Assembly (NCBI GenBank): GCA_030264375.1
Contig: JASCQW010000027.1
Location: 98,565,776-98,629,775, forward strand
Length of the DNA stretch: 64,000 nucleotides
Direction: 5' to 3'
From: Carcharhinus longimanus
Taxonomy: Eukaryota
Part shown: positions 13,431 to 26,656 of the stretch, one piece after another
Layout of the letters: every line of letters begins with the position of its first letter
How positions within the stretch are numbered: the stretch's first letter is position 1
Made by a program: the position numbers and the translations under genes
The notes under the pieces: generated by a model
What the model was told of the DNA's origin: nothing
Seen by the model: the letters and a program-made list of their open reading frames with translations, nothing else
Database searches by the model: none

Positions 13431-14086
13431 ACATCTAACTGGAGTATGAAACATTGTCAGCTCCTGGGACTTCCTTGCTGGATATACTGATCAATTCCCG
13501 TATTTAACATCAAGTTTTGAAAAGAAGTTTCTTCCTACAAATTTCAGATTGAGCTGTTCCAAAGTTAAGATTTGATGTGGACAATGCTTTAGAGCTTTAT
13601 TCAAAGGTTTTGGATTAAGGCAGACTCAGAGTGCCCATCCTTCTTGATGACACATGTGATTGAGCTGCACCAATTCATGTGCTTTTGGACCTTTTGAATC
13701 CTTCCATCCGTTCCAATTTTGACCAGCTTGATCTTCAACTTGGTCTACCCATGGATGCTGCCTCTGCATGGTATATCAAACAATGGTGTGGCTTCCTCTC
13801 TCAAGTATAATGTTGCATCGCTCATACTGCTGTTTTCATTGAAACATGAAGATATTGTGATGTCAAATTGCTAACTGAAGTGACGAGTTTATCTTTTAAT
13901 GCTGATCTGCCTTGAGGAATCTGCCTGATTCCATAAATAGCAAAAAATGAGAGATCTTGACATGCCAGTAGATCTGTAAAACTCAGGGTGACTGGTTACA
14001 GTCCAACACGATAAATCCTACACAGCAGTTATCAAGCCATTAAATGTTGAACGTTTTGCAGTAATGAGTTTTGCCATGGCCCCTTC

Positions 14087-14608
14087 TTTGATTTGATTTA
14101 TTACTGACACATATATCGGTATACAATGATATTGTTTCTTGCGCGCTATATAGACAAAGCATACCGTTCGCAGAGAAGGAAAGGAGAGGGTGTGGAATGT
14201 AGTGTTACAGTCATAGCTAGGGTATTGAGAAATTTAATATAAGGTAGGTCCATTCAAAAGTCCGATGGCAGCAGGGAAGAAGCTGTTCTTATGTCGGTTG
14301 GTACATGACTTCAGGCTATCTTTTTCCTGACGGAATAAGGTGGAAGAGAATATGTCCAGCATGGGTGGAAGCATTGATTATATTGGCTGCTTTTCTGAGG
14401 CAGCAGAAAGTATAGACAGAGTCAATGGATGGGAGGCTGGTTTGAGTGATGGACTGGGTTTCATTCGTGACCCTTTGTAGTTTCTTGTGGTCTTGGACAG
14501 AGCAGGAGTCATACCAAGCTGTGATACAACCGAAAAAGAAACTTTCTACGGTGCGTCTGTAAAAGATGGTGGGAGTCGTAGCAGACATACCAAATTTCCT
14601 TAGCCTGA
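14087..14608 (-). mobile_element. Rex1/Babar LINE 3' fragment
   Basis: RLRKFGMS...FYRRTVES...CITAWYDSCSVQDHKKLQRV...LPSIDSVY...KAANII...HAGHILFHLIPSGKR is the typical Rex-Babar C-terminus; aataaatcaaatcaaa tail at about 14087-14103. Confidence 0.88.
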
Positions 14609-15349
14609 GTTTGTTAATTCCAGAACCTCTCTGAGGCATCATGTTGGCTATTGCTTTGTGTCCAAGTTCACCAGTAACACGTTTACCGACTTTCAGTGGA
14701 CTGATGACCTGAATTATAACCAATACTTCTGACAATGTGATGGCATCTATGTACTCTACCACTTGGACAGTGTGAACTATGTGCTCACTGCACCTCACAG
14801 TGTCAGAAACATCATCATCATTGACTGTTTTGTCAGCCACCTCGCGTATGCTTTTCCCAAGGGTACTACGCATTTGTGCTGCTTGAAACACTAGTCCATT
14901 AATGGTTTGCTTCAGCCTTTGCACAACTTCTCACAGCTCATTTGGCCTTTGCTCATATACATAGTCAGTGACTGTGACCATTTTTGCCATGTGCCTTGCA
15001 GAAATCTTGGAATGCCCCAAAGCTCTTTGGTGCATGTAGAAATCCATATTTTCCACATGTCTTCCCGTGTTCAGTTATTCTTGTCACTGTATTGGCAGTT
15101 GAAGTTGCACAGATGCCATAAATATTGAACAACAGCCCCACTTTGTCAGCTTTGGATGTAATAATTGCCTTATACTTCTGTCTGTGTTTGACATCCACTG
15201 CACTTTGCATCAGAAGTGTGTGCAGATGCCATTTTGGAACATTAAGGATCTTCCCAAAGCCCAAAGATCAGGTGCTACTGAGCCCAACTTCACCTCTCTA
15301 TGTTAGATGTGTGCATGAATCATGCAGAGGCCTAGATTGATCTTGTCCA

Positions 15350-15518
15350 AAAGATGTGCTGGTTAGATGCAATGGCCTTGATAAATTCTCCCTCAGTATA
15401 CCCAAACAGGTGCTAGAGTGGGGCAACTGGGGGATAGTCACAGTAACTTCATTGCAGTGTTAATGTAAGTCTATCTGTGGCACTAATACATACTAATAAA
15501 CAAACTTTAAACTTTAAA
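15350..15518 (+). mobile_element. V-SINE tail B 3' fragment
   Basis: aaagatgtgctggttagatgca...aaattctccctcagtatacccaaacagg...cacagtaacttcattgcagtgttaatgtaag...aataaacaaactttaaacttt. Confidence 0.85.
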
Positions 15519-16412
15519 GAGGCAGATTCTGTCTGGGGAAGGGGTAAGGGTGCACTGGGGCTATTGAGCGGTATTTGTGGCATCTGGAAGAACAGTTATC
15601 TTTCATAACTGCAGTACTCCTTAAAGTGCGGTTCCTGACTAGAGGCAATTTGCTTGACAGGCTGGAGGTATTTCAGTTGGCAAGCCTGCTTCACAGGATC
15701 AGAGCCTTTCAGAGCAGCTATTGGAAGAGTGAGAGAGATCATGGGGATTGGCAAAGTTCAGGATTGCAGGGGAAGAGGGGTCCTAATCACAATGGTGAGG
15801 TGGGCAGGGGGGCCTTTGAATGATGGTTGACAAGTCTGAATGTGGTCGCAAGGGAATACACAAATTGTAGAGTGGGGTGAGGGTTGTGTCAGTATTTTAT
15901 TTGGTTAGCTTTTTGGGTTTGGAGGAAACACTTGGTCCACAAACAGTACTGTAAGGCTCTTACCTCATGGATTTAGCCTCCCATCTTCTTTAAGCTGATG
16001 AGTATCCCAAGGCCTGCTAAACCCAGCTTCTTTTGGTTAAAATAAAATGACTGCTAAAATGAAGGAATGCAGCCTCATTATAATAAAGAATCCAACCTGC
16101 TTCAACCTTCAACTGGAAATGGGCAGGTTCTAGATAGGTTCAGTTCTTGTTCAATATTTCTCTTCATTACATTTGATATGAACCAACCAAACCATTTTTG
16201 GGAATTAGCATACAGCTGAGAGTGTGCATACACATGCTCGTACACACACAGGGAGGTGGGTTGGGTGCATGAGCACAGTATGTGTGTCGGGCCTTTCATA
16301 GGGTCTTAATACTCAAGTACCTGAAAAAAAATCACAATGAATGTGCTGCAGAAAAATGCCTTGGCCTGTACCATAGGTACACCTCCCCTTGTCAAAATGC
16401 AACTTCATTAAT

Positions 16413-16594
16413 CAGGTCTGACAGTATCTATGGAGAGAGAACAGAGCTCATGTTTCGAATCTGGATAACCCTTCGTTAGAGCTCTGATCAAGAGTCATCC
16501 ATTGAAACATTGTTTTCTCTCTCTCAGACTTGCTGAGAATTTGCAGCATTTTCTGTATATGTTTCAGATTCCAACACCTGCAGTATTTTGCTTT
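16413..16594. mobile_element. PLE family A palindromic insertion with two antiparallel decayed hammerheads
   Basis: Centre AGAGCTCT (16478-16485). Plus strand CTGATCAagagtc..GAAAcatt; minus strand CTAACGAagggttatccagattcGAAAcatgagctct. Confidence 0.8.
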
Positions 16595-17656
16595 CATTTT
16601 TGTTAATCAAGAATTGTCTAACAGTTTTCACTGATGTGGACCCTGTGAAGCATTCACACCACCATAAAATTTGTTTCGGGTAAATGCAAGAAACTATTAA
16701 CCCCTGCTAGCAAAAAGTGTCAGTGTTGGTCTTTGATCTTTCTCTAAATTAATACAGCTTTTAAACTAGTTCAATAATGCCTGCAGGAAATCATTGTGAC
16801 GATTGCTTTATTCAAGGTGCGAAAGCGGTTGTTTTCTTCCAGTCATTATGAATTAGGATGCTTGTATTCAAAATGCATTAGCCTTTCTATGTGAGATTTC
16901 TTTCACAGGGGTATTGCTATAAATTTGCCTTGGAAGATGGTGCTAATGAATATTTAATTTCTGATTGTTCCAATGTATTAATGTTCCAATGGTTGAACTG
17001 CAGAAATGACCAGTTTGGTGAGTGCAGCATTCCCTGATATTGTTCCGCTGTGTATTAATGTTAAATAGTGCTAACATTTTCTTTTGCTCAGAAGTATAAA
17101 ATTAAGTCAGCTCACCTCAGTTTGTGAGCCACTTTTGTCCCAGAGGGAAAAGGTTGTCCGTTCAAGCCGTGCTCTAGAATGTGTGAGCAATCTAGCTTGG
17201 CACTCCAGTACAATCATGAGGCACTGTTGTGTTTGGAAGCTGACGTGTTCTGCAAGTAATATGTTCTTGTGCAAAATACACTTTGAGGCTGCCAAGGAAC
17301 AAAAGAAACCTCATTTTGACTCACCCAAACAGATACTTGCGTTTCACACATCTGAAGAACTGCTTGTTTTCCCCCCTATCCCTATGGATTCTCTCCAAAA
17401 ATGATACTATTTGTTAGTTTTCCTGACTTCTTTCCACTTTGTGAATCATTTTCAATTGGAAGCTATTTTCTTCAGTAATTTGGCTAGTACAAATTGGTTT
17501 TGTATTATTTGGAGAGATGTTTTTGGGTTGATGGCCAGTGCATGCAGTTAATGAAAAAATAGGCAGATGCTATCAAAAAAACTATCCAGTTTTGCTCCAA
17601 ATAGATGGTGGAGAAATCATGTGGACTTCTCAACAGGCATATGATTCAGCATAATG

Positions 17657-18155
17657 TAAAAGCAAAGTCCTGTGGATGCTGGAATCTGAAACAAAAACAG
17701 AAAATGCTAGAGAATCTCAGCAGACCCATCTCCAGAGCTCAATGCATATTGNNNNNNNNNNNNNNNNNNNNNNNNNNNNNNNNNNNNNNNNNNNNNNNNN
17801 NNNNNNNNNNNNNNNNNNNNNNNNNNNNNNNNNNNNNNNNNNNNNNNNNNNCCCGTGACTTAAATATATTTAGCGAGGTAGCCTCCACCACTTCAACAGG
17901 CAGAGAATTCCAGAGATTCACCACCCTTATAACAAGACCACTTAGAATTTCAATCTTGAAAACTTCAATTGTCCTATAGAATCCACATGCTCAGCTGCAG
18001 GAGAGGAGATGGTCCACATCACCACCATCCTTTGTGTGAAAAAGTGCTTTCTAATTTCACCCTGATCGGGTATCCAGACTCGAAATGTTGGCTCTGTTCT
18101 CTCTCCACAGATGCTGTCAGACCTGCTGAAATTTTCCAGCATTTTCTGTTTTTGT
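17657..18155. mobile_element. PLE family A arms separated by a gap and CR1 fragments
   Basis: Left arm 17657-17723, right arm 18062-18155 (atccagactcgaaatgttggctctgttctctctccacagatgctgtcagacc). Minus-strand CR1 pieces lie at 17852-18060. Confidence 0.7.
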
Positions 18156-18371
18156 GTGTGTGTGTGATATGATTCTGCCTGCCTGTTTATCTGATCTTTG
18201 CTATCCCAAGCGATCCCAAGTGCAGGCCCCCAGGAACATGTCCTCTGCAATGACCAGAATATTTTTCTCCCATAGGAAATCTTCTTAATAAGCCTACCTT
18301 GTTTGACCCAAAACGGTGTAGCAGAGAATAAATGGCAATGGTTTCAGTTCCTAAAGACCTGGCTTGTGGTC

Positions 18372-18560
18372 AACAGGGTAGCACAGTGGTTCGGACTGCT
18401 GCCTCACAGTGCAAGGTTTGATTCTGGGCTTGGGTGACTGTGCACATTTCTGCCATGCCTCTATGGATTTCCTCTGGGTGCTCCAGTTTCCTCTCACTCA
18501 AAGATGAGTATGTTAGATAGATTAGCCATGGTAGATGAGCAGGGTTCGGTGATGCCAGAG
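18372..18560 (+). mobile_element. decayed V-SINE 5' part
   Basis: ggtagcacagtggttcggactgctgcctcacag head; ggatttcctctgggtgctccagtttcctc V-domain. Confidence 0.75.
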
Positions 18561-20332
18561 TACTAGCAGTCAAAATGGTGGTAATAGGGTTAGGATTACT
18601 TCAGCACTTTAGCACTTGAGCTACCAGCCTCCACCCCTGGTTAAAAATTAGAGATTGACTCGCTAAGGGAAGTGATTGAGCTCAATACTCTGAGAAAAAT
18701 CAATGTCTGTTCTGAGTCATTTTTAAACTTGTGACTGAACCAACAGTAATATAAAAGCATTTAGTTCTTTGTTGGTCTTGGCACTCTGAACAAATCAGGA
18801 ACTCAAATTTGCCAAAGCATTAATTGTTCAGGTGAAAGTGCTTAAGCACAGAAGAAAGATAAACCTTTTTAAATTTTGCTGGCATTAATTATGAAATATG
18901 TATCTAATGGCTTGGCATTGGCATCCTCCGTTTGTAGATAATGTTTTCTCTCATGTTTCTCCTTTTCAGTTTTTCTCTGCTTTATCTTTTTTCACCAGGG
19001 ACTCTTGCTGTATTATCGTTCTGTAGGTGCACATTAACTCACCTGCCTCTGATCTACATAATCATTATACTTACCTGTGGGTATGCCTACATCTCCAGGA
19101 CTGTAACAATTTGAGGAGGCAGTTCACCACTACCTTCTCAAGGGCAACTTGGGACAGGCAATAAATGCTGGCCTAGCCAGCGATGCTCACATCCTGAAAA
19201 TTATTTTTTAAATATCTGTTTTAGTGGATTTGATTTTAAGAAGCATCATACCCAAGTCTGATTTTATCCATACTCAATGTCAGCTTACAATGTACTCAAT
19301 TAGGAGCCATTCAATTCGTCTCATGAGTAGATGCAAATTCAACAATATCTGAAGCCTTGGATGCTGTCATTGCCAGGTGCAGTAAAGTATGTTTCTTCCC
19401 TGCTGCCATACATAAATCTTTACTCATTCCTTGTGTGTTCATAGGAAAGAAGTCTTGGATTATCAAGCAGAACATGATTTTCTTTGAGGGATAAAATTTG
19501 TCATTTTCGTGAGCTTATTCCTTCTCACCTCAATTCTTAACAATTTGCCAGTAATCCCAGTCTCTGATTGCATTCTTGCCAATTTTGTCACTTCATCTGA
19601 TACAAGTTTTGTTCTGAGATGGCAGCAAATGTACCTGGATTATGAACCTGTCCACTGACATATTTGTCTTGTTGGCAGAAGGTTGCTCTCAACAGCCTGT
19701 CAACCTTTGAAAGGGAACTTTTTTGGTATCTTTCTTGCGTCCCTTGTTCATTCGCAAACTTCAGATAGAGGGAGGTTGCTTTGCAAAATTGTTGGTTTGC
19801 AGAGCAAAGTTCTTTCTGAAATCTTTTGACCTTCTGCATCAATCAGCATAGCTTGACCTATCTCAGTTATAGGTTGGATCTTCTGACTTATATGAACAAT
19901 TCACAGAATCCATTCAGTGGAATTGCTATTGAAAAGTTCCAACTATGAGTGATGACTTCTTAGTTAGCATTATCTGCATTTAAATACTTTATTCCCTTCT
20001 ATCAGGGGCAGATTTGTATGTACCGACTTATTGAAATTCTTCTCCAAAGTTTCTGAGAATCCATAATGCTGCTATTTTTTCCAATTGGAGCCAATATGTG
20101 GAGAGACCCCCACTATGCTCCAAATTATGTTTCCAAACGCTGGTCCTGAGAATCCTGCTGCTGATTTTAATGTTGCTTGGGCACATTCATACAATAATGG
20201 AAAGGTTACGTATAGAAAGAAGAAGAATGTTTTATTTTCTTCTGTAAATATATACTACTTCTGTCCTTGAAATAAACCCATTTGCATAGTTTGTTCTGTC
20301 AATTCTCTGTTTTCTCTCAGACTCAAAAGGAT

Positions 20333-20551
20333 TTAGAATCATAGAATCCCTACAACGAAGAAGGAGACCATTTGGCCCATTGAGAGTGCACTGACTCTCT
20401 GACAGAGTATTTTACCCAGGACCTCTACCCTGCCATAATGCCATTAATTTACCATGGCTAATTCATCTAAACTACACATTTGGAGACAGTAAGGAGCAAT
20501 TTAGCGTGGCCAGTCCAGCTAACCTGCACATCTTTGACTGTGGGAGGAAAG
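20333..20551 (-). mobile_element. HE1-like V-SINE 3' part (head displaced to 21712-21772 by a LINE insertion)
   Basis: agaatcatagaatccctaca tail to gactgtgggaggaaa; head remnant ggtccctgaagctgtgatgcagcagtgcaaaccact at about 21730-21767. Confidence 0.75.
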
Positions 20552-20574
20552 GAGAATTTTGTAGTCGTTCATGT

Positions 20575-21712
20575 GACATGGGCATTGCTGGTTGGCTAGC
20601 ATTTATTGTCCATCCCTAATTGCTCTTGAGAAGGTGGTGATGAGCTGCCTTCTTGAATCGTTGCAGTCCATATGCTATAGGTTGACTCACAATGCCATTG
20701 GAGAAGAAATTCCAGGATTTTGACTCAGCAACTATGAGGGAATGGCTGGTGAGTGGCTTGGAGGGGAACATGCAGGTATTAGTGGTCCCTTGTATCTGCT
20801 ACCTTGTCCCTCTAGATGAAGGTGGTCATGGGTTTGGAAGGTGCCACCTAAGGATGCTTGATGAACTCCTGCAGTGCATCTTGCAGATCGTACAGACTGC
20901 TGCTACTGAGCATCGGTGATGGAGGGAGTGGATGTTTTGAAATGTGGTGCCAATCAAGCAGACTGCTTTGTCCTGGGTCATGACAAGCTTCTTGAGAGTG
21001 TTATTGGAGCTGCACCCATACAGGCAAGTGGGGAATATTCCATCACACTCCTGACTTGTGCCCTGAAGCTGGTGTATAGGCTTTGGAGAGTCAGGAGATT
21101 AGTTACTTGCTACAGTCTTCCTAGCCTCTGACCTGCTCTTGTAGCCATTGTGCTTACATGGTGAGTCCAGTTGAGTTTTTGGTCAATGGTAATCCCAAGG
21201 ATGTTGACAGTGGGGGATTCAGTGATGGTAACACAATTGAATGTCAAGGGGTGATGGTTAGAGAGTCTCATATTCGTGATGATCATTGCCTGGCATTTGT
21301 GTGATGTGAGTTACTTGCCACTTGTCAGCTCAAACCTGGGTATTGTCCAGATCTTGTTGCTTCTGAACATGGACTGCTTAGTATCTGAAGAGTCGTGAAC
21401 AGTGTGAACATTAAGCAATCATTGGCGAACAACCCCACTCCTGACCTTATGAGGAAGCAAAGTTAATTAATGAAGCAGCTGAAGATTGTTTGGCCTAGGA
21501 AACTGCCTTAAGGAACTCCTGTAGGGATGTCCTGGAGCTGAAATGACTGACCCTCCACAACCACAGCCATCTTCCTATGTACCAGGTATGATTCCAACCA
21601 GTGGAGTGTTTGCCCCCGATATCCATTGATTCCAGTTTTGCTCAGACTCCTTGATGCCACACTTGGTTGAATGCGGCCTCGATGTCAAAGGCTGTCATTC
21701 TCACCTCACCCA
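20575..21712 (-). mobile_element. CR1-group LINE, 5'-truncated RT plus 3' tail
   Basis: Minus strand GEVRMTAFDIEAAFNQVWHQG, then degenerate GVPQGS and FADD regions. Tail agggatggacaataaatgctagccaaccagcaatgcccatgtc. Tail-only copies near 3300-3360, 19100-19200, 53345-53560, 62215-62420. Confidence 0.85.
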
Positions 21713-22735
21713 TGGCCAGAATTGAACATAGGTCCCTGAAGCTGTGATGCAGCAGTGCAAACCACTATGTCAATTTGGTGACACTATTTTCACAAATTAT
21801 TTTTAATGCTGCTGCCATTATTTGGAGTTTTAATTTTGTCTGTGTTGGACTGAAAACCTAGCACAAATCCACTCAGTAAGCCTTTAATACAGCAGTGTGA
21901 AAGAGGCTATAACTGTACTGCAAAATTTCACAAAATGGCAAAGTGGTGCCTTGCGTGTTTCTGCCTTGTGGTATTTTATGTGGAGGTTATTTCAAAGTAT
22001 GAGCTCGCCTGGGTCTGTGGTAGAGCTCTAACATGTGAAATCAGAATTCAGAGTGTTTTATAATTTGCAATAAATGATTTCCCAGAGCATCATAACACGA
22101 AGAAATAGGAGTTATTTTATCAGACACTCGAATGCTTCTCTACCTGTTTTTACGCTTGAATGATGAATAATGCTTTTTTCTGTTCCTGAATTCAATTTTT
22201 AACTTATGGAAACATAACTCAATCCACTCATAATTTCACATTGACTCAGTCAACCAACTCAGTGGCCAAACAATTGCTGACAGCTCCGTTGTAGTCTCTG
22301 TGTGAATCACTGACCTATTTGCCGCAGATTAATCTGCAGTCAGCAGAGACAAACAGTGACATGTAACCACCCTCGGATATATTTGTCAGTGCTGAGATTA
22401 GGATGGCACATGGAGAGGCATGAGTTGTACGAGGAAAGAGCAGACTGCCAGCCTGGCTCTGTTGATCTTTTTATTCTGTTCAGTACTAAAGAGGAGAAGC
22501 AGGGGGGGAAGCCTTGTTTTCAGTCTAGGAATGTAAAATGTTCTCTGCATTTTTCAGGTCCAAATTTGATGCAGATATTGGAGAAATATTTTTGAACGGT
22601 GACATTCTCCCTATAAAGCAGAGGAAAGAATGTTTAAAACATATTCCCCAAGTGGAGTAGAGCTCAAATTGGAGCTGGCTTTTTCTTGCTATGCAATTGG
22701 AATTAAACATTAAAATTCTTAACCCAGTCTTGGGG

Positions 22736-22860
22736 GGGTGGTATTTTCCCATCCCACCCACCACGGGAATTGTTGTGGGTGGGACAGGCCATCCAAAGGT
22801 TTGTTGATCTTGGGTGGAATTTTCAGTTCTTGGGGCGAATGTGGCTGGAAAATCCTGCCC
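22736..22860. mobile_element. short MITE
   Basis: gggtggtattttcc ... ggaaaatcctgccc inverted termini, about 125 bp. Confidence 0.6.
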
Positions 22861-22967
22861 TGAATCCATGTATCTTCAATAATTTGTTGATGCAGCTTAA
22901 TCAGCTGTTTATAAATTTCATAAACCCCTCATAATCTTAAATCAGTAAGGTTAACTTGTTCCATGTA

Positions 22968-23240
22968 ACTTGCGTTAAATTGAGGCCCCATCTGCCTGTT
23001 TGGTTGGATGTAAATATTCTGTGGCACTGTTTAGAAGAAGAACAGGGGTTTTGCTTAGAGCTCCAGTCGGTATTTATCCCTCGATCAAAATCATTAAAAA
23101 AAATTTATCTGGTCACTATCACATTGCCATTTGTGGGAGTTTGCTGTAGAGAAATTGGTTTCAATGAGTACTTCATTGGCTATAAAGTGATTTGAGATGC
23201 CTGATGGTCATGAAAGGGGTTTTGTAAACGTCAGACTTTC
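22968..23240 (+). mobile_element. DeuSINE (SacSINE1/AmnSINE1-like) Deu domain and tail
   Basis: gttaaattgaggccccatctgcc...tggcactgtttagaagaagaacagggg...tatttatccctc...tctggtcactatcacattgccatttgtgggagtttgctgt is the recalled Deu-domain consensus. Confidence 0.75.
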
Positions 23241-23458
23241 ATCCTTTATCTGTAAAATCAAAGTCAATGTTGAGTCTCCCTTGATAATTATGTGTAAATC
23301 TGAATTTGCTCATTGAAGAACTATAGTTAGCTTCTGTGTCCCCAGGTTGCTTCTAAAATTGTGTCAATGTTAAGGGAGAAAAATATTGTCTTCAGTTGTG
23401 CTGGTTCTCATAGTTTTAGTCTGCTAATTATGATGGAATCCTTGGTTGCAAAGCTTGT

Positions 23459-23594
23459 GGCTGGCATATTATCACCATTCACACTGGTGGGATTTTCCCA
23501 TCCCGCTGCAATAAATGGAGATTTAGCTAGGTGCCAAATTGGCTGACCTTGCTGCAGCGGGAGTGTGACATGAACGGCCAGTAATATCGCGCCC
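23459..23594. mobile_element. short MITE
   Basis: ggctggcatattat ... gtaatatcgcgccc imperfect inverted termini; internal gggattttcccatcccgc motif shared with the 22736 element. Confidence 0.5.
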
Positions 23595-25331
23595 TGTATC
23601 TTTTGAGACAGAATATAATCAAGAAGGGAAACAAAGAAAGGAAATGGGGCCTTTCAGTTTCTGAGGAAACTAAGATTGAAACTACAACCAGAAACTAAAA
23701 CTTCAAGGGAGGATAGAAGTGGTTTGGTTGAAATAACATAAAGGGGCTCGGAGTTCATTTGTTGATGCCAGTGTGCAGTACAGGCAGGTTGAAGAAAATG
23801 GTGACCAGATGGAGAAGATGGGAATCGATAAATATATAGTTACTGCAGCTGTTTCTGTTACATTAAGATAACATTGGTGGATCCGTTCCATCTAGACCAT
23901 TATAAGTAGAATTGAAGAGGTTTTTGCAGATGTGATGTCTGGCATTTTGGATGAAGACCATACTAATAAAACTCAGGTTGGTTGTGCACTGCTGCAGGCT
24001 GGGCATCAGTTAAGGCCGAGAAGAAGAGGAGCTGAAATTCTTTGTGAGGAAGACAGAATTTTGAAGGACTTTATGAATGCGATTTATATATATATAGAAT
24101 GGATTGCCGAGCCCATTTGTGAAATCTGTCTTAGTTGTATGTCATTTAATACATAATGTATAGTTTATAATCGACCACAATTTACCTATTAATTCATGTT
24201 TAACTTGTATTAATTTTAGGCTTTAGAGTAGAGGTGGTTACCTAAGATAGGATCTGGTATTTGCATAACAAAATATTGCTTCGTTTTAAGCCGTAAAATC
24301 TTGAGGTTTTGTTCTTCAAATGGGATTTTGTGCTTTTTTTGAAAGTTACTGGTCTTGACTGAGATTGTCACACATTGTAGTATTACCCACGGAAAATGGG
24401 CACGAAGCCACAAAATGGTTTGGGATAGTATCACAACATGAGACCTTATCTTCAGGAGCAGTGCACAGAAAGAAAACAGGGGGAAACTTAAAAAAGAAAT
24501 TACTTTTCTCTTCTACAATTTCCATGTGCAGGTTATTGATTCAATTTATTGCAATTAAGCAGTTGCAGGGGTAATAGTCTTTCTCTCGAAATACATGGCT
24601 TTCCGTGGCCAGCCTTTATGTCTTTGACTTTTTTCAATTCATACCCTTTCACTTGTCCACCACCCCTTTCTTGGATTTGCTTTCAGCTATTCTTTTGGAT
24701 TTCTGTGCAGCTATTTTTGGACATCCCAGAACATTGCGGATGCAAGGTTAATATTAAATGACCAGCTTCTTCTGTGTAAATTAAGTTCCTTCAGGCTGAA
24801 GGGCACGCTGTAATTGGAAACATGGCAGCAGCCTCAGCACTGAATAAAACTTCTGATTTAATTTTGGAGAAAATGTGCCAGACTAGTTCTTTAGAGAGAA
24901 CTTGTTTTCACATTTGAAGTGCATTTTACAGCCCATTAACTACTTTTGCAACGTAGCCCTGGTTGTTTTATGGGCAAAGTTAACAGCCAATTTAAGCACA
25001 GCAAGATCTCAGAGAGACTAATGACCATTTCATGTTTGTTGCGGGATAAGTGCATTCTGACTTGGAACTGAATGTGTTCCCACAGAGCCAACGTTGACCT
25101 TTAATCAGAAGTAATGGAGGAGAATTAAAGAAAGATTTTTAAGTTTCTATAAAATTTATTGAAGTTTTCCTTCTTTATGTTGCTGTGTGTGCCTGCAACA
25201 TTGTGTGTTACTTGCAGATCTCCATACTAGGAACTATCTATAGTTACATACCTTTAGGTAGCGCTGAATATTGAGCTTAAATGGACTCAGATTTAGCACG
25301 TGTGATGGTCGGGGATTTTGTTGGAAATATT

Positions 25332-26081
25332 GGATGGAATTTAATGCCCTCCCCTGTGGTGAGTTTGGAGGTGGGCAGCATTTAATCAGTTAGGACAGGG
25401 ATCCCATTTACATCCTGCCCCTGCCCTGTTTAAATTCAGAGCTGGCAGACACATGGAAGGCCTTCCCACCCCTCCACCAACTGAGGCTTTCATGCCTTCA
25501 TTTAATCGGGTGAATGATTCACCAAGTGAGAGGCCTTAAAGGCAAAATCCTGTTGGTTTTGTATATGGGTTCCAACATGGAGGAGAGGTGGAGGAGAGAT
25601 GTGGGGGGGGGGGTCTCCTTGTCAGGTGTTCAGTGTCTGCTATTGAAGGATCCAGTAAAGAGGGGAATGCCACCACCACCGCCACCATCTCCTTCCTCCT
25701 CCTCCNNNNNNNNNNNNNNNNNNNNNNNNNNNNNNNNNNNNNNNNNNNNNNNNNNNNNNNNNNNNNNNNNNNNNNNNNNNNNNNNNNNNNNNNNNNNNNN
25801 NNNNNCTTTGCAAGCTTCAGCTCCATCCTACTCTCACCTGTGGCCTAGATCCTTTGCTGAACTTGGACCTCAGGTGTTTGCATTGCAAGAAGATGCCACC
25901 GTTCTTCTTGTCGCTGTCTCCAATGAACAGCTGCTGGCCTCTGATCAGCAACTTTTGGGGGGGGTCTTGATTCCGGGGAAGGCCCACTGTTGGCTACTTA
26001 AGTGCCTGATTGGTGCACTAATATGGTCGGCCTTCCTCAGAAGGCGGGCAAGGTCCCTGTTGCCTGGATTGAATTCTGCCA
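25332..26081. mobile_element. non-autonomous DNA transposon (Harbinger-like)
   Basis: ggatggaatttaat ... attgaattctgcc inverted termini, GC-richer interior, no credible ORF. Confidence 0.55.
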
Positions 26082-26656
26082 ATTATGTCACTGTAGATTC
26101 TTCCTCATTGTTATTTAAATGAAAATAGTTTAAGATATTTGGGCATTGAAGTTATGTAGGGTTTACCTGTCTCCCAGCTGAACCCCTAATGGCACATTGC
26201 CTTTTATACTGGAAGTGAGCTGAGTATATTTTGCAGCTAAGGTTTCTTTGAGTCTTTCCCCAAAGGAGATGTAATTAATAGTTTAACACAGACAATATGA
26301 GTTACAGTCATTAAAATCAGTTCACCAAGATTCACCGTCTGTACCTTCTTGCCTTTCCTCATAACAACATAATCTTTGCTGTCTTTGTAATCATGGTGCT
26401 TTTCTATGTTGTCTGATGGCCTCTGATTCTTCAGGGTTTTTTTCTCTCTGAGCTGCTGACATTCCCATTATCTACAAAAAGACACCCCTGACGACTGGAC
26501 TCTGTTGATTTGAGCCTCTGTGTCCGGAGTTGATTTTCAGTCAGACACTTTCCGGTGTTGTCAGCGTTTTGAAGCTGCACTGGCTTTTTGAAATGCTTGG
26601 CTTTTCCCAGTTTTATTGGTTGCTGTTGCTTGAAGTTATGGAAAATTGTAACAACA

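Larger units (their letters stand above)
11700..15340 (-). mobile_element. decayed Ty3/Gypsy LTR retrotransposon gag-pol, fragmented by nested insertions
   Basis: Minus strand, in order: gag knuckle CGKYGFLHAPKSFGAFQDFCKAHGKNGH (about 14965-15060), protease-like ELGHKAIANMMP (about 14630), NWCSSITCVIKKDG/CLNPKPLNKAL/FFSKLDVKYG/FHTP (13440-13700), RT IADD (12858-12869), RNase H DAFQNDLGAC...NFSNTEREIVTLVFGNMRFHNYL..VETEHKP (11819-12010). LTRs not identified. Confidence 0.85.
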
